Below, piece after piece: positions 8,045-17,256 of a stretch of 55,042 nt of DNA (the first letter of the stretch is position 1; each line of letters opens with the position of its first letter). The translations under genes and the position numbers were made by a program. The notes beneath the pieces were generated by a model. The model was not told where the DNA came from and did no database searches. It saw only the letters and a program-made list of their open reading frames with translations. Origin of the DNA: a virus (taxonomy: Duplodnaviria; Caudoviricetes); IMG/VR virus record IMGVR_UViG_3300044491_000241, positions 1-55,042 of that record; one strand, given 5' to 3'.

Positions 8045-10174
8045 ATGGAAGAAGATGATATTTTTGAATCAGATGATCTGTCTATGGATGAGGTAACATC
8101 ATCTTACATAGAAGACACAAAAGACTCTGATGGACAAAGTGATCCAACTGTCGGGACTATAGTCGGCTTTGTTGAAGGGCGGTACAGTACAGCCGAAAAA
8201 GCTAGGTACTCAGATGAACAACGTTGGATAAAAGCATATCAGAACTACAGAGGTATATACGGACCAGACGTACAGTTTACGTCCACAGAAAAATCTCGTG
8301 TCTTTGTAAAGGTTACTAAGACTAAAGTTCTTGCTGCCTACGGGCAGATTGTTGACGTTCTTTTTGGGTCACATAAATTTCCTATCTCCATTAATCCTAC
8401 TAAACTTCCTGATGGTATCGTGGAAGCTGTTCACTTTGAATCAAATCCAGAGATTAAGAAAGCTAACGAAAAGCCATCTTTAGACCAAGATGAAACTAAG
8501 CTAAAGCCTGGTGAAACTATTATAGATTTACGGGAACGTTTAGGCGGTATGCGGTCTAAACTAGAGCCTGTTATGGGTGACCTTAAAGAGGGAGAGGGCA
8601 CTACCCCATCTCAACCTACTTTTCATCCTGCGATGGTTGCCGCTAAAAAAATGGAAAAGAAAATCCATGATCAGCTAGAAGAGTCTAACGCAAGCAAGCA
8701 ACTTCGTAACACCGCCTTTGAGACTGCTCTCTTTGGTACAGGTATTATGAAAGGCCCGTTTGCCTTAGATAAAGAGTACCCTAATTGGGATGAGACTGGT
8801 TCTTACTCCCCAATGTACAAAACTATTCCTCAAACTTCTTCTGTTAGCATTTGGAACTTCTATCCAGACCCAGACGCTAACAACATGGACGAAGCAGAGT
8901 ACGTAGTAGAACGCCACAAGATGTCTCGTTCTCAAATGAGATCTTTAAAGAACAGACCTTTCTTTAGATCTAACTCAATTGATAGTGCAATAGAAATAGG
9001 AGAGTCCTACTCCAAAGAGTGGTGGGAACAAGTGATGGAGGACGCTGATCAAGAGACTAGATCAGAACGTTTTAACGTCCTTGAATTCTGGGGTTACGTA
9101 GACACAGACATTCTAAAAGATCATGACGTAGAAATTCCAAAAGAGTTAAAAGATAAAGACCAAGTATCTGTAAATATCTGGGTTTGTAATGGTCAGGTTT
9201 TACGTCTTGTAATGAACCCTTTTACTCCTGCTATTCTTCCGTACTATGCAGTACCCTACGAAGTAAACCCTTACAGCTTCTTTGGGGTAGGTATCGCAGA
9301 GAACATGGATGACACTCAAACACTCATGAATGGCTTCATGCGTATGTCGGTGGACAATGCTGCTCTGTCTGGTAATTTACTTATTGAAGTGGACGAAACT
9401 AACTTAGCTCCTGGTCAAGACCTATCTATTTACCCAGGAAAAGTACTACGGAGAATGGGGGGTGCCCCAGGACAGAGCATCTTTGGCACCAAGTTCCCTA
9501 ACGTGTCTAATGAGAATATGCAAATGTTTGATAAGGCTAGGGTTCTGGCTGATGAAAGCACTGGGTTCCCTTCTTTTGCGCATGGTCAAACTGGCGTTTC
9601 GGGTGTGGGCCGTACGGCATCTGGTATTAGTATGCTTATGTCTGCTGCCAATGGTTCTATACGAACTGTTGTAAAGAACATTGATGACTACTTGCTTGGC
9701 CCTTTAGCTAAAGCATTCTTTAGTTTTAATATGCAGTTTGATTTCGACTCTGATATTAAAGGGGACTTAGAGGTTAAAGCAGAGGGTACTAACTCTTTGA
9801 TGGCTAATGAAGTACGTAGCCAACGTCTGATGCAATTCTTGGGTGTTGTACAAAATCCAGCACTTGCACCATTTGCTAAAATGGATTATATTATCAGAGA
9901 GATTGCAAACTCTATGGATCTTGATCCTGATAAAGTAGCAAACTCAATGACTGACGCAGCAATTCAAGCGGAGATCCTCAAGAAGTTTCAAGAAGCTAAC
10001 CCGCCACCTGCTCCGCCTCAGGCTCCCCCAGGAGCAGCACCACAAGGTGCAGTACCTGCAGGGGCACAAGCACAGGACACACAAGGTTCTGGCGGTGGTC
10101 AGGTAGGTACAGGTAGTGCTCCTACTCCAGGTGAACCAGGATTCTCAGGCAATACAGGACAAGGGCAAGGATGA
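8045..10174 (+). CDS. Portal protein
   Basis: 709 aa directly after TerL; FYPDP, FFGVG and RTASG.SML patterns; Pro/Gly/Gln-rich tail as in P22-like portals. Confidence 0.88.
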   Translation: MEEDDIFESDDLSMDEVTSSYIEDTKDSDGQSDPTVGTIVGFVEGRYSTAEKARYSDEQRWIKAYQNYRGIYGPDVQFTSTEKSRVFVKVTKTKVLAAYGQIVDVLFGSHKFPISINPTKLPDGIVEAVHFESNPEIKKANEKPSLDQDETKLKPGETIIDLRERLGGMRSKLEPVMGDLKEGEGTTPSQPTFHPAMVAAKKMEKKIHDQLEESNASKQLRNTAFETALFGTGIMKGPFALDKEYPNWDETGSYSPMYKTIPQTSSVSIWNFYPDPDANNMDEAEYVVERHKMSRSQMRSLKNRPFFRSNSIDSAIEIGESYSKEWWEQVMEDADQETRSERFNVLEFWGYVDTDILKDHDVEIPKELKDKDQVSVNIWVCNGQVLRLVMNPFTPAILPYYAVPYEVNPYSFFGVGIAENMDDTQTLMNGFMRMSVDNAALSGNLLIEVDETNLAPGQDLSIYPGKVLRRMGGAPGQSIFGTKFPNVSNENMQMFDKARVLADESTGFPSFAHGQTGVSGVGRTASGISMLMSAANGSIRTVVKNIDDYLLGPLAKAFFSFNMQFDFDSDIKGDLEVKAEGTNSLMANEVRSQRLMQFLGVVQNPALAPFAKMDYIIREIANSMDLDPDKVANSMTDAAIQAEILKKFQEANPPPAPPQAPPGAAPQGAVPAGAQAQDTQGSGGGQVGTGSAPTPGEPGFSGNTGQGQG

Positions 10175-10368
10175 GCCTTAAATTATTAGTAAATAATAAA
10201 GACATCTGGGATTCTTTTGTAGAAGAACTGGATTCTAAACTAAATCGCATCCACACCCAAATAGAGCAATCTACAGCTATAGAAGACGTGTACAGGCTAC
10301 AGGGACATGCCGCCTGTCTTCGTAGATTAAAAAGACTGAGGGACGAAGTAAATGGTAAATCAGACTGA
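10171..10368 (+). CDS. Hypothetical protein downstream of portal
   Basis: ATGA overlap; YRLQG...L..L..LR motif. Confidence 0.7.
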   Translation: MSLKLLVNNKDIWDSFVEELDSKLNRIHTQIEQSTAIEDVYRLQGHAACLRRLKRLRDEVNGKSD

Positions 10369-13300
10369 AGAAGTTTTTGGAAACCCTAACCAAGTTGGTA
10401 TAGGTAGTGTTTCAAGTGCCAGACCACGAGGGGTAATGGGGAGCATACCCCTAAGTGATGCAACCAATGCTTTAGATGTTATTGCAGAAGACACAAAAAA
10501 TTCTAACAAATTAAAATTAAATGACAGTTTAAAAAAAGATGTTGAGTCTATACTTGCTAATGACGAAGAACCAGAGATTAGCCCCAGTACTCCTCCCGTT
10601 GAGGGTGGAATTGGCAGTGTAAGACCAAAGTCTAGACCAATCGTAAGACCAAGAGCTAGGCCAAAACCAAAAAGATTTAGTCCTGTTGATAAAGTTTTAG
10701 AACTTAACTATCTTTTAAAAGGTAAAGCAAACCCTCAATCAGAAACAACCAGAATAATATCTGGTCTTGACCAAAGAAACCCTGATCATCAAAAGACTAT
10801 AAAAGGTTTTTTTGATAGTGCTGTAGGTGGGGAGTCGGGGTTTGATCCAACAACACAAGCCTGGTGTGCTGCTTTTGTTTCCCATATCCTTGAAGAGCTT
10901 GGAGCAGATCCTTTACAATCAAAAGATAAATACGACAGACTTAGAGCAGACAAGTTTAAAAGCTATGGTACAGAGGTTAAACCTGACGGTATCAAAGAAG
11001 GTGACATAGTTGTTTTTGATTTTGATCAAGATGGTAAAGCAGACCACGTAACTTTTTACGCAGGTGATAGAATAACCTCTCAAGGTATGGGGGGTTACAT
11101 TAATGTTTTAGGTGGAAATCAAAGTGGACAGGTTAGCATTAGAGAAAACCATCCCTTTTACACTTGGAATAATGTAGCTGCTATCAGACGAGTTACGTAT
11201 AACGATATTGATTTTGATTTCACAAAAGAAATGGCGGAACGAGATCCTGTATTTAACGAGTTTATGCCTGACTACGCAGGTTCTTCCCAACCATCTCCAG
11301 CAACCTTCGATAAAGGTGGTTTAGCTCAACAAACAGAAGAGTCTTTGGGTTGGGCTGCGGAGGGAAAGAAACTCGCAGTAGATACCCCAGAGGTATCTTT
11401 TAGAGATGCTGCTACTTTTGTTGCTGAGATGACACCTATTGTTGGTGACGCTATGGCGGCTAAGGAAGTCTATGATGAACTACAGAAAGATGAGCCTAAC
11501 TATTACTTAGCAGGTGCGCTAGGCGGTGCGGCTCTTGTAGGTCTTGTTCCTGGCATAGGTGACGCCGCCGCTAAAGCTATTAAGAAGGGCGCTAGAGAAG
11601 TCTTTGATTTGGCAAGGCGCGTAGAGGTTGCCCCTGACACTATGGGGTCTGGCCTTGGTAATGTTAGATTAGCTCCTAAGGCAACAAGTAAAAGCAAACC
11701 TTCTTATACTGACGCAGAACTTTTAGAAGCAGATGACATTATTGATGAATGGGGTAAAGGAAATCTTACCAACACAGAGCTACGTAATAAAATGCGTGAC
11801 AAAGGTTTTGCTATAGAAAATAAAAGAATATCTCCCAAAATGTCAGGAGGTGATCTAGAAGTTGTTGGTCCTGACGGAAACATAATTCCTTGGCAAGACA
11901 TGCCACGTGGTTCAGAAGAAAGAATACCTATAAGACCAATTAACCAATCTAGATTAGAGGCTAGTGGTCTTCCTTACAAACAGGGTGGTGAGTTTACTGA
12001 CGCAAGAACAAAAGAAATACTAACTAATAAAAATGCAAGATCAGTTAACATAAAAGTAAAAACAAATGAACCTCCTAAAGGGGGGATGCCTCAAGCTTCT
12101 ATGGATGCAGCAGGACTAGACGTTGATGAAATAGGATCTTCTGGACCAAAGATATACAGTAACTTAGTTAAGCCAACATCAAAAGGTGGTAAAGCAGGTT
12201 GGAAGTGGCTTAGTAGAAAAGATGAAAACTTAGACACAAATACTCTTGTATCAGTGGTACAAAGAAATCAACATTACTTTACCCTTGAGGCTGACTTCAG
12301 TAAAGGCGCTAAACTACAAACCTATCCCAACAAAGTAGACGAGCCCAGACTAAGGCCCACTGTAAATGGACAATTAGAGTTTGATGAAGAAGTAGGGACT
12401 ATCTCCTTAAGGGGTAAAGAACATCCAGTCTATAGAAAAATAGTAGCTTTTAACCAAGGTGGCCAAGTAATGAATAATCAAATGGAAATGGCATTTATGA
12501 AGCAAGGTGGCATCAAAGACGATGGCATGAACAAAGATCCTGTTTCTGGTAATCCTATTCCTCCTGGTTCTATGGCTAAGGAAGTCAGAGATGATATTCC
12601 CGCTATGCTGTCTGAGGGTGAGTACGTAGTTCCTGCTGACGTTCTTCGTTTTTATGGGGTAAATTTCTTTGAGAATCTTCGTGGTCAAGCAAAACAGGGC
12701 TTGAACACAATGGAACAAAGTGGTAGGATTGGTGGTGAACCTCTTTCTCCCCAGCAAGTTCAACAAAATATGGGTAAGGCTCCAGTTACAGCTAACGCTG
12801 GGGTTTACATGGCTGGACAACCTCAAGGGCTACAGCAGTCACAGACAGCATCTCAGAACTTCAACCCTATGAACTACCCCATAGTGGGTGGCTCCACACT
12901 AAGGGGTGTGCAAGAAAGTGTAACAACCTTTAAGACATTTGTTAATTCTGTAGATGGGAGGACACAAATTGTAGAGTTTGTTGACGGTAAGATCAAAAAC
13001 CCAACAATGACAAAGTTTACTCAACCTCCTTATTTTGAACAAGGTTCCTCTGCTCTTAAGGATGCAAAGAAAGCTGCAGCACAGCCTACTTCTTCTGGTG
13101 GAGGTGGTGGTGGTGGCGCTCCCCCACCAGAACCTAAAGACCCTAACGAGTGGGCTGAAAAAATTACAGACCCTATGGCATGGGCAAACGAGAACCTACA
13201 AGGTAAAGCTAACACTATTCTTAGCACAATTAGTCTTGGTACAAGTGTAGCTAGAGTAAATGCTATGGCTATCGTAGCAGAAGCACAAGGTAAAAAAGAT

Positions 13301-13735
13301 TTAGCAGATCAACTTAGAACTAAAGCTAGAGAGTTTGTTGCAGCAAACCCAGTTCTTAACTCAATTCCTAATGCTTGGATTGACGGTGACAGAATTGCTG
13401 CTGACTTACAAAAAGACAAGAATATAGTTAATACCTTGTTTGTGCCTAAAGCTAGAAAAAAACAGATGGAAGTAGCAGAGGCTACACCAGAGTTTGATGT
13501 TACAAAATCTAAAGCTCCAGATGATGATAGCGGAAACTTTTTAAAGACTATTATGGCCGCAAATAAAGCAGCAAAAGACGCAGGTAAAACTGAAGTTAGT
13601 TCTACCATTACAAACGCAGGAACGGCAGAACAAGAAGTCTCTGGGGGAACACAAGCAGAACAAGACTATCTTACGTCTGCAGCAGCAGGTAACAAAGGCG
13701 GTCTAATGATGAAAAAAAATAGTAAGAAAAAATAG
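10352..13735 (+). CDS. Large modular virion protein with TIGR02594/NlpC-P60-like and pre-toxin-TG-like segments
   Basis: WCAAFV...GDIVVF...HVTF...VLGGNQS; TPIVGD...GLVPGIGD; DDIPAMLSEGEYVVPAD. Confidence 0.75.
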   Translation: MVNQTEEVFGNPNQVGIGSVSSARPRGVMGSIPLSDATNALDVIAEDTKNSNKLKLNDSLKKDVESILANDEEPEISPSTPPVEGGIGSVRPKSRPIVRPRARPKPKRFSPVDKVLELNYLLKGKANPQSETTRIISGLDQRNPDHQKTIKGFFDSAVGGESGFDPTTQAWCAAFVSHILEELGADPLQSKDKYDRLRADKFKSYGTEVKPDGIKEGDIVVFDFDQDGKADHVTFYAGDRITSQGMGGYINVLGGNQSGQVSIRENHPFYTWNNVAAIRRVTYNDIDFDFTKEMAERDPVFNEFMPDYAGSSQPSPATFDKGGLAQQTEESLGWAAEGKKLAVDTPEVSFRDAATFVAEMTPIVGDAMAAKEVYDELQKDEPNYYLAGALGGAALVGLVPGIGDAAAKAIKKGAREVFDLARRVEVAPDTMGSGLGNVRLAPKATSKSKPSYTDAELLEADDIIDEWGKGNLTNTELRNKMRDKGFAIENKRISPKMSGGDLEVVGPDGNIIPWQDMPRGSEERIPIRPINQSRLEASGLPYKQGGEFTDARTKEILTNKNARSVNIKVKTNEPPKGGMPQASMDAAGLDVDEIGSSGPKIYSNLVKPTSKGGKAGWKWLSRKDENLDTNTLVSVVQRNQHYFTLEADFSKGAKLQTYPNKVDEPRLRPTVNGQLEFDEEVGTISLRGKEHPVYRKIVAFNQGGQVMNNQMEMAFMKQGGIKDDGMNKDPVSGNPIPPGSMAKEVRDDIPAMLSEGEYVVPADVLRFYGVNFFENLRGQAKQGLNTMEQSGRIGGEPLSPQQVQQNMGKAPVTANAGVYMAGQPQGLQQSQTASQNFNPMNYPIVGGSTLRGVQESVTTFKTFVNSVDGRTQIVEFVDGKIKNPTMTKFTQPPYFEQGSSALKDAKKAAAQPTSSGGGGGGGAPPPEPKDPNEWAEKITDPMAWANENLQGKANTILSTISLGTSVARVNAMAIVAEAQGKKDLADQLRTKAREFVAANPVLNSIPNAWIDGDRIAADLQKDKNIVNTLFVPKARKKQMEVAEATPEFDVTKSKAPDDDSGNFLKTIMAANKAAKDAGKTEVSSTITNAGTAEQEVSGGTQAEQDYLTSAAAGNKGGLMMKKNSKKK

Positions 13736-13815
13736 GGAACAGTCACCTATACTAGTAACGCTAAGGCGATAAGGCTACCCAGCAATAATGCTGGCCCCAA
13801 CATAAGGAAAACAAC

Positions 13816-14766
13816 ATGCCTGAAATGACAGAAATGCAAACCCCTAAGACAGCAGGGTTTGTTCAACGTGGAAGTAACTACGCACGTAAACAAAAACAAA
13901 TGGAAGAAGAAGAAAAAGAAATTGCAAGACTAGAGGCTGAAGCTCGTGGTGAAGAAATTGTTGAAGGTGAACCCAGTGGCAAAGATACTGAGGACACCCA
14001 GGTACAAGCCTCAAGTAATACCCAACAAGAAGAACAAGAACCCTCGCAAGGGGAAGCACAAGCAGACGACGACTCAGGACTAAGTGCTGAAGAAAAGTCT
14101 TTTAAGAAACGCTACGGCGACTTGCGTAGACATATGCAAGAAAAAGACAAAGAGTGGAACGAAAAGTTAGAAGCTCTTAGCACTAATAAAAAACGTGCTG
14201 GCATTGTCCCTCCTAAGTCTGATGAAGACATTGAGGCTTGGGCTAAAGAATACCCAGACGTAGCAGGTATTGTAGAAACAATAGCAGCTAAAAAAGCTAA
14301 AGAATTATTTAGTAAGGCTGAGTCACGCCTATCAGAGTTAGATGAAGCTCACAACGAAGCCCTACGAATGAAAGCAGAGAATGTTATTCGTAAGACCCAT
14401 GAAGACTTTGATGACTTAAGGCAAGAAGACAAGTTCCACGATTGGGCGGAGGAACAACCTAAGTGGGTTAAGGATGCTCTATACGAGAATATGGATGATC
14501 CTGCTTCTGTTATTCGTGTAATTGATCTTTACAAAATGGATAACGGTATGACCCTCGCAGCTAAAAAAGACAGAAGAAAAGCTGCAGCTTCTACTGTTAC
14601 AAAAGGAACTCGTACTTCTATTGACGCTAAAGGCACATCAGGTCAGATCAAAGAGTCTGACGTAGCCAAAATGTCAAACAAGCAGTTCGAAGAGAATCTA
14701 GACAACATTAACGATGCCATGCGTAACGGTACTTTTGTCTACGATGTTTCTGGCGGTGCCAGATAA
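13816..14766 (+). CDS. Capsid scaffolding protein
   Basis: Acidic coiled coil with FKKRYGDLRRH, located between portal and capsid; AAGGA RBS. Confidence 0.8.
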   Translation: MPEMTEMQTPKTAGFVQRGSNYARKQKQMEEEEKEIARLEAEARGEEIVEGEPSGKDTEDTQVQASSNTQQEEQEPSQGEAQADDDSGLSAEEKSFKKRYGDLRRHMQEKDKEWNEKLEALSTNKKRAGIVPPKSDEDIEAWAKEYPDVAGIVETIAAKKAKELFSKAESRLSELDEAHNEALRMKAENVIRKTHEDFDDLRQEDKFHDWAEEQPKWVKDALYENMDDPASVIRVIDLYKMDNGMTLAAKKDRRKAAASTVTKGTRTSIDAKGTSGQIKESDVAKMSNKQFEENLDNINDAMRNGTFVYDVSGGAR

Positions 14767-14770
14767 AAGG

Positions 14771-14798
14771 TTGACACTTTAAAAGTGTTACATATAAC
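14771..14798 (+). promoter_or_regulatory. Sigma70-like promoter for the capsid gene
   Basis: TTGACA-N16-TATAAC, overlapped by the palindrome ACACTTT-A-AAAGTGT. Confidence 0.75.
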
Positions 14799-14981
14799 TA
14801 CCCGTATCTCTATGTAGAGCCTCCTTTTGGACTACCTCTACCAGATACTTTTCTTAAAAGTCTAAACTAAAAAGAACTACCTGAACAACTACAGGCCCAC
14901 GTAAGTGTCACCCTGGAACGTCCAGCCTCTTTGAGGTGTTTAGCTTTTCCTACAAAGCCAAATATCATGGAGGATTCAATC

Positions 14982-16055
14982 ATGGCTTTTACCACCGCAG
15001 GTGGCTATGGAAATTTACCAAACGGAAATTTTTCCAGCGTCATCTATTCCAAAAAGGTTCAGCTTGCCTTTAGAAAAGCTACAGTTGTAGGCGATATCAC
15101 CAATAGTGACTATTTTGGTGAGATTGCTGCCCAAGGGGACACTGTGAAAATTATTAAGGAGCCAGAAATTTCGGTGGCGTCATATGCACGTGGCCAGAAT
15201 ATTACTGCACAAGACCTTGATGATGAAGACTTCTCCCTCGTAATCGACAAAAGCAACTACTATGCCTTCAAAATCGACGACATCGAAGAAGCGCATTCTC
15301 ATGTAAACTTCATGCAACTTGCTACGGATCGTGCAGCCTATCGTTTGGCTGATCAACATGACCAAGAAGTTTTGGGTTACTTGACAGGTTATAAACAGTC
15401 TGCACTACATGGTTCTGCAGATGCTGTGAATGACGTTGTTAATGGCACAAAAGCTGTAACAACTGCAGGTTCAGACGAACTTCTTTCTTCAATGAAATTG
15501 AAAAAGAGTGACTTTGGTAACATCACAACAGCTTCTGCTGGTGACCACTCAATCCCTGTTGCAGCACGTCTACCAGGTGCAACTGCACTGCCAACTGCTA
15601 CGATCTCACCAGCTATGTTGGTGGCACGTATGGCTCGTTTGCTTGACCAACAGCAAGTTGACAAGCAAGGGCGTTTTATCGTCGTTGACCCCGTATTCAT
15701 GGAAGTACTTCGTGACGAAGATTCACGCTTCATGAATGCAGACTACGGTGAAGCAGGTGGCCTACGTAACGGTCTTGTCTTGAGCAACTTTCATGGCTTT
15801 AGAGTCTACAGTTCAAGCAACTTGCCCGCAGTAGGTACTGGTCCAGGTACAACAGGTACTGCAAACCAGAACGCTAACTTTGGTGCAATCGTAGCTGGTC
15901 ATGATTCTGCTGTCGCAACTGCGGAGCAAATCAGCAAGACTGAAACTTATCGTGACCCTGACAGCTTCGCTGACATTGTTCGTGGTATGCACCTTTACGG
16001 CAGAAAAATTCTGAGGCCAGAAGCCTTGGTTACTGCTAAATACAACTTGGCATAA
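14982..16055 (+). CDS. Major capsid protein
   Basis: GGAGG RBS before ATG 14982; ITN.DY.GEI...GDTVKI and YRDPDSFADIVRGMHLYG.K.LRPE motifs. Confidence 0.92.
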   Translation: MAFTTAGGYGNLPNGNFSSVIYSKKVQLAFRKATVVGDITNSDYFGEIAAQGDTVKIIKEPEISVASYARGQNITAQDLDDEDFSLVIDKSNYYAFKIDDIEEAHSHVNFMQLATDRAAYRLADQHDQEVLGYLTGYKQSALHGSADAVNDVVNGTKAVTTAGSDELLSSMKLKKSDFGNITTASAGDHSIPVAARLPGATALPTATISPAMLVARMARLLDQQQVDKQGRFIVVDPVFMEVLRDEDSRFMNADYGEAGGLRNGLVLSNFHGFRVYSSSNLPAVGTGPGTTGTANQNANFGAIVAGHDSAVATAEQISKTETYRDPDSFADIVRGMHLYGRKILRPEALVTAKYNLA

Positions 16056-16068
16056 GGGAGATTAGACA

Positions 16069-16467
16069 ATGACACCTAACGGAATCCGTATGATCTCTGT
16101 AGAACTTGAAGCAACAGCCCTGTCTGCTGGTGCCAATACAGTTGCTACACTTCCTGCTCAAACAGTCATTTTGGCTGCTGGTGTAGAAGTCACAGAAGCA
16201 CTCACAGGTGCATCTGCTTTGACTTTCGACATTGGCACTGGCCTTGATGATGATGCTTTTGTTGCAGCTTATGCAATGGCTGGTAAAGCTGTAGGTGCAG
16301 TAGCACCTTCTATTGCTGGCATTGCTTATCTGACAGCAGAAGACACACTCGACCTTACAATTGATACCCTAACAGGTACAGCAACTGCAGGTAAACTACG
16401 TGTGTGGGCAATGACTGCTGACGTTGATGGCAAAGGGGCTGCAGAAGTAGCTCGTGATCAAGTATAA
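16069..16467 (+). CDS. Capsid decoration/minor structural protein
   Basis: Small Ala/Thr-rich beta protein after the MCP and before a terminator. Confidence 0.6.
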   Translation: MTPNGIRMISVELEATALSAGANTVATLPAQTVILAAGVEVTEALTGASALTFDIGTGLDDDAFVAAYAMAGKAVGAVAPSIAGIAYLTAEDTLDLTIDTLTGTATAGKLRVWAMTADVDGKGAAEVARDQV

Positions 16468-16480
16468 ATAGTTAATCTTT

Positions 16481-16504
16481 AGGGGCTGGGAAACTGGCCC
16501 CTTT
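16481..16504 (+). terminator. Intrinsic terminator
   Basis: AGGGGCTGG-GAAA-CTGGCCCCT hairpin followed by a short T tract. Confidence 0.7.
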
Positions 16505-16527
16505 AGGGCATCTGAAGGATTTTTGTA

Positions 16528-17256
16528 ATGGCAACTTACGTTACTCTTGTTAATGAGCTACTTCGTAGATTAAACGAGGTTACTCTTGATACGGCAGGTG
16601 ATGGCTTTGGGACAGTACGTAACGTACAAGCCTTGGCTAAAGATGCAATAAATAGTTCCATTAGAAATATCTTACAGACAGGCCAGGAGTGGCCTTTTCT
16701 TAAAACAACTTATACTCAAGAATTAACTGCAGGAACAAGACAGTACAGCTTTCCTGCAGACTTTTCTAGAGCAGACTGGCAAACTTTCTACATAAAGAAA
16801 CTTTCTTCTGCAGACAACACACCTATGTCTTTACACACTATTACTTATGACGAGTACATACAAAGGTACAGACACTACGATGATACTGGAGAGCAAACAG
16901 GTATTTCAGCCCCTACTCTTGTCTATCAAACTAATGAAGACAAGTTTGGTGTGACTCCTATTCCAGATCAAGCCTACGAGATTGAGTACGTGTACTGGTC
17001 TTTTCCTTCTGATCTTACATCATTTGATGATACAACAGTTGTTCCCGACAGATTTAAACACGTAATTATTGATGGCGCAATGATGTACCTTATGCGGTTC
17101 AGGTCTAATGAGCAGAGTGCTCAGATACATCAAGGCGTGTTTCAAGATGGTATTAAGTCTATGAGAAGAATACTTGTAGATGAACCTCTCCGTATTAGAT
17201 CTACAGTAGTGGATCGCGCTAACTCTTCTAATCAAGTGTTGGGTAGAGTAGTTTAA
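16528..17256 (+). CDS. Head-tail adaptor (tail tubular protein A-like)
   Basis: LVN.LL..LNE start and WPF motif; size and position. Confidence 0.75.
   Translation: MATYVTLVNELLRRLNEVTLDTAGDGFGTVRNVQALAKDAINSSIRNILQTGQEWPFLKTTYTQELTAGTRQYSFPADFSRADWQTFYIKKLSSADNTPMSLHTITYDEYIQRYRHYDDTGEQTGISAPTLVYQTNEDKFGVTPIPDQAYEIEYVYWSFPSDLTSFDDTTVVPDRFKHVIIDGAMMYLMRFRSNEQSAQIHQGVFQDGIKSMRRILVDEPLRIRSTVVDRANSSNQVLGRVV

Noticed and set aside
14931-14981. N-terminal extension of the capsid ORF from TTG 14931
   Set aside because: A strong GGAGG precedes ATG 14982; the upstream part looks like a structured leader.
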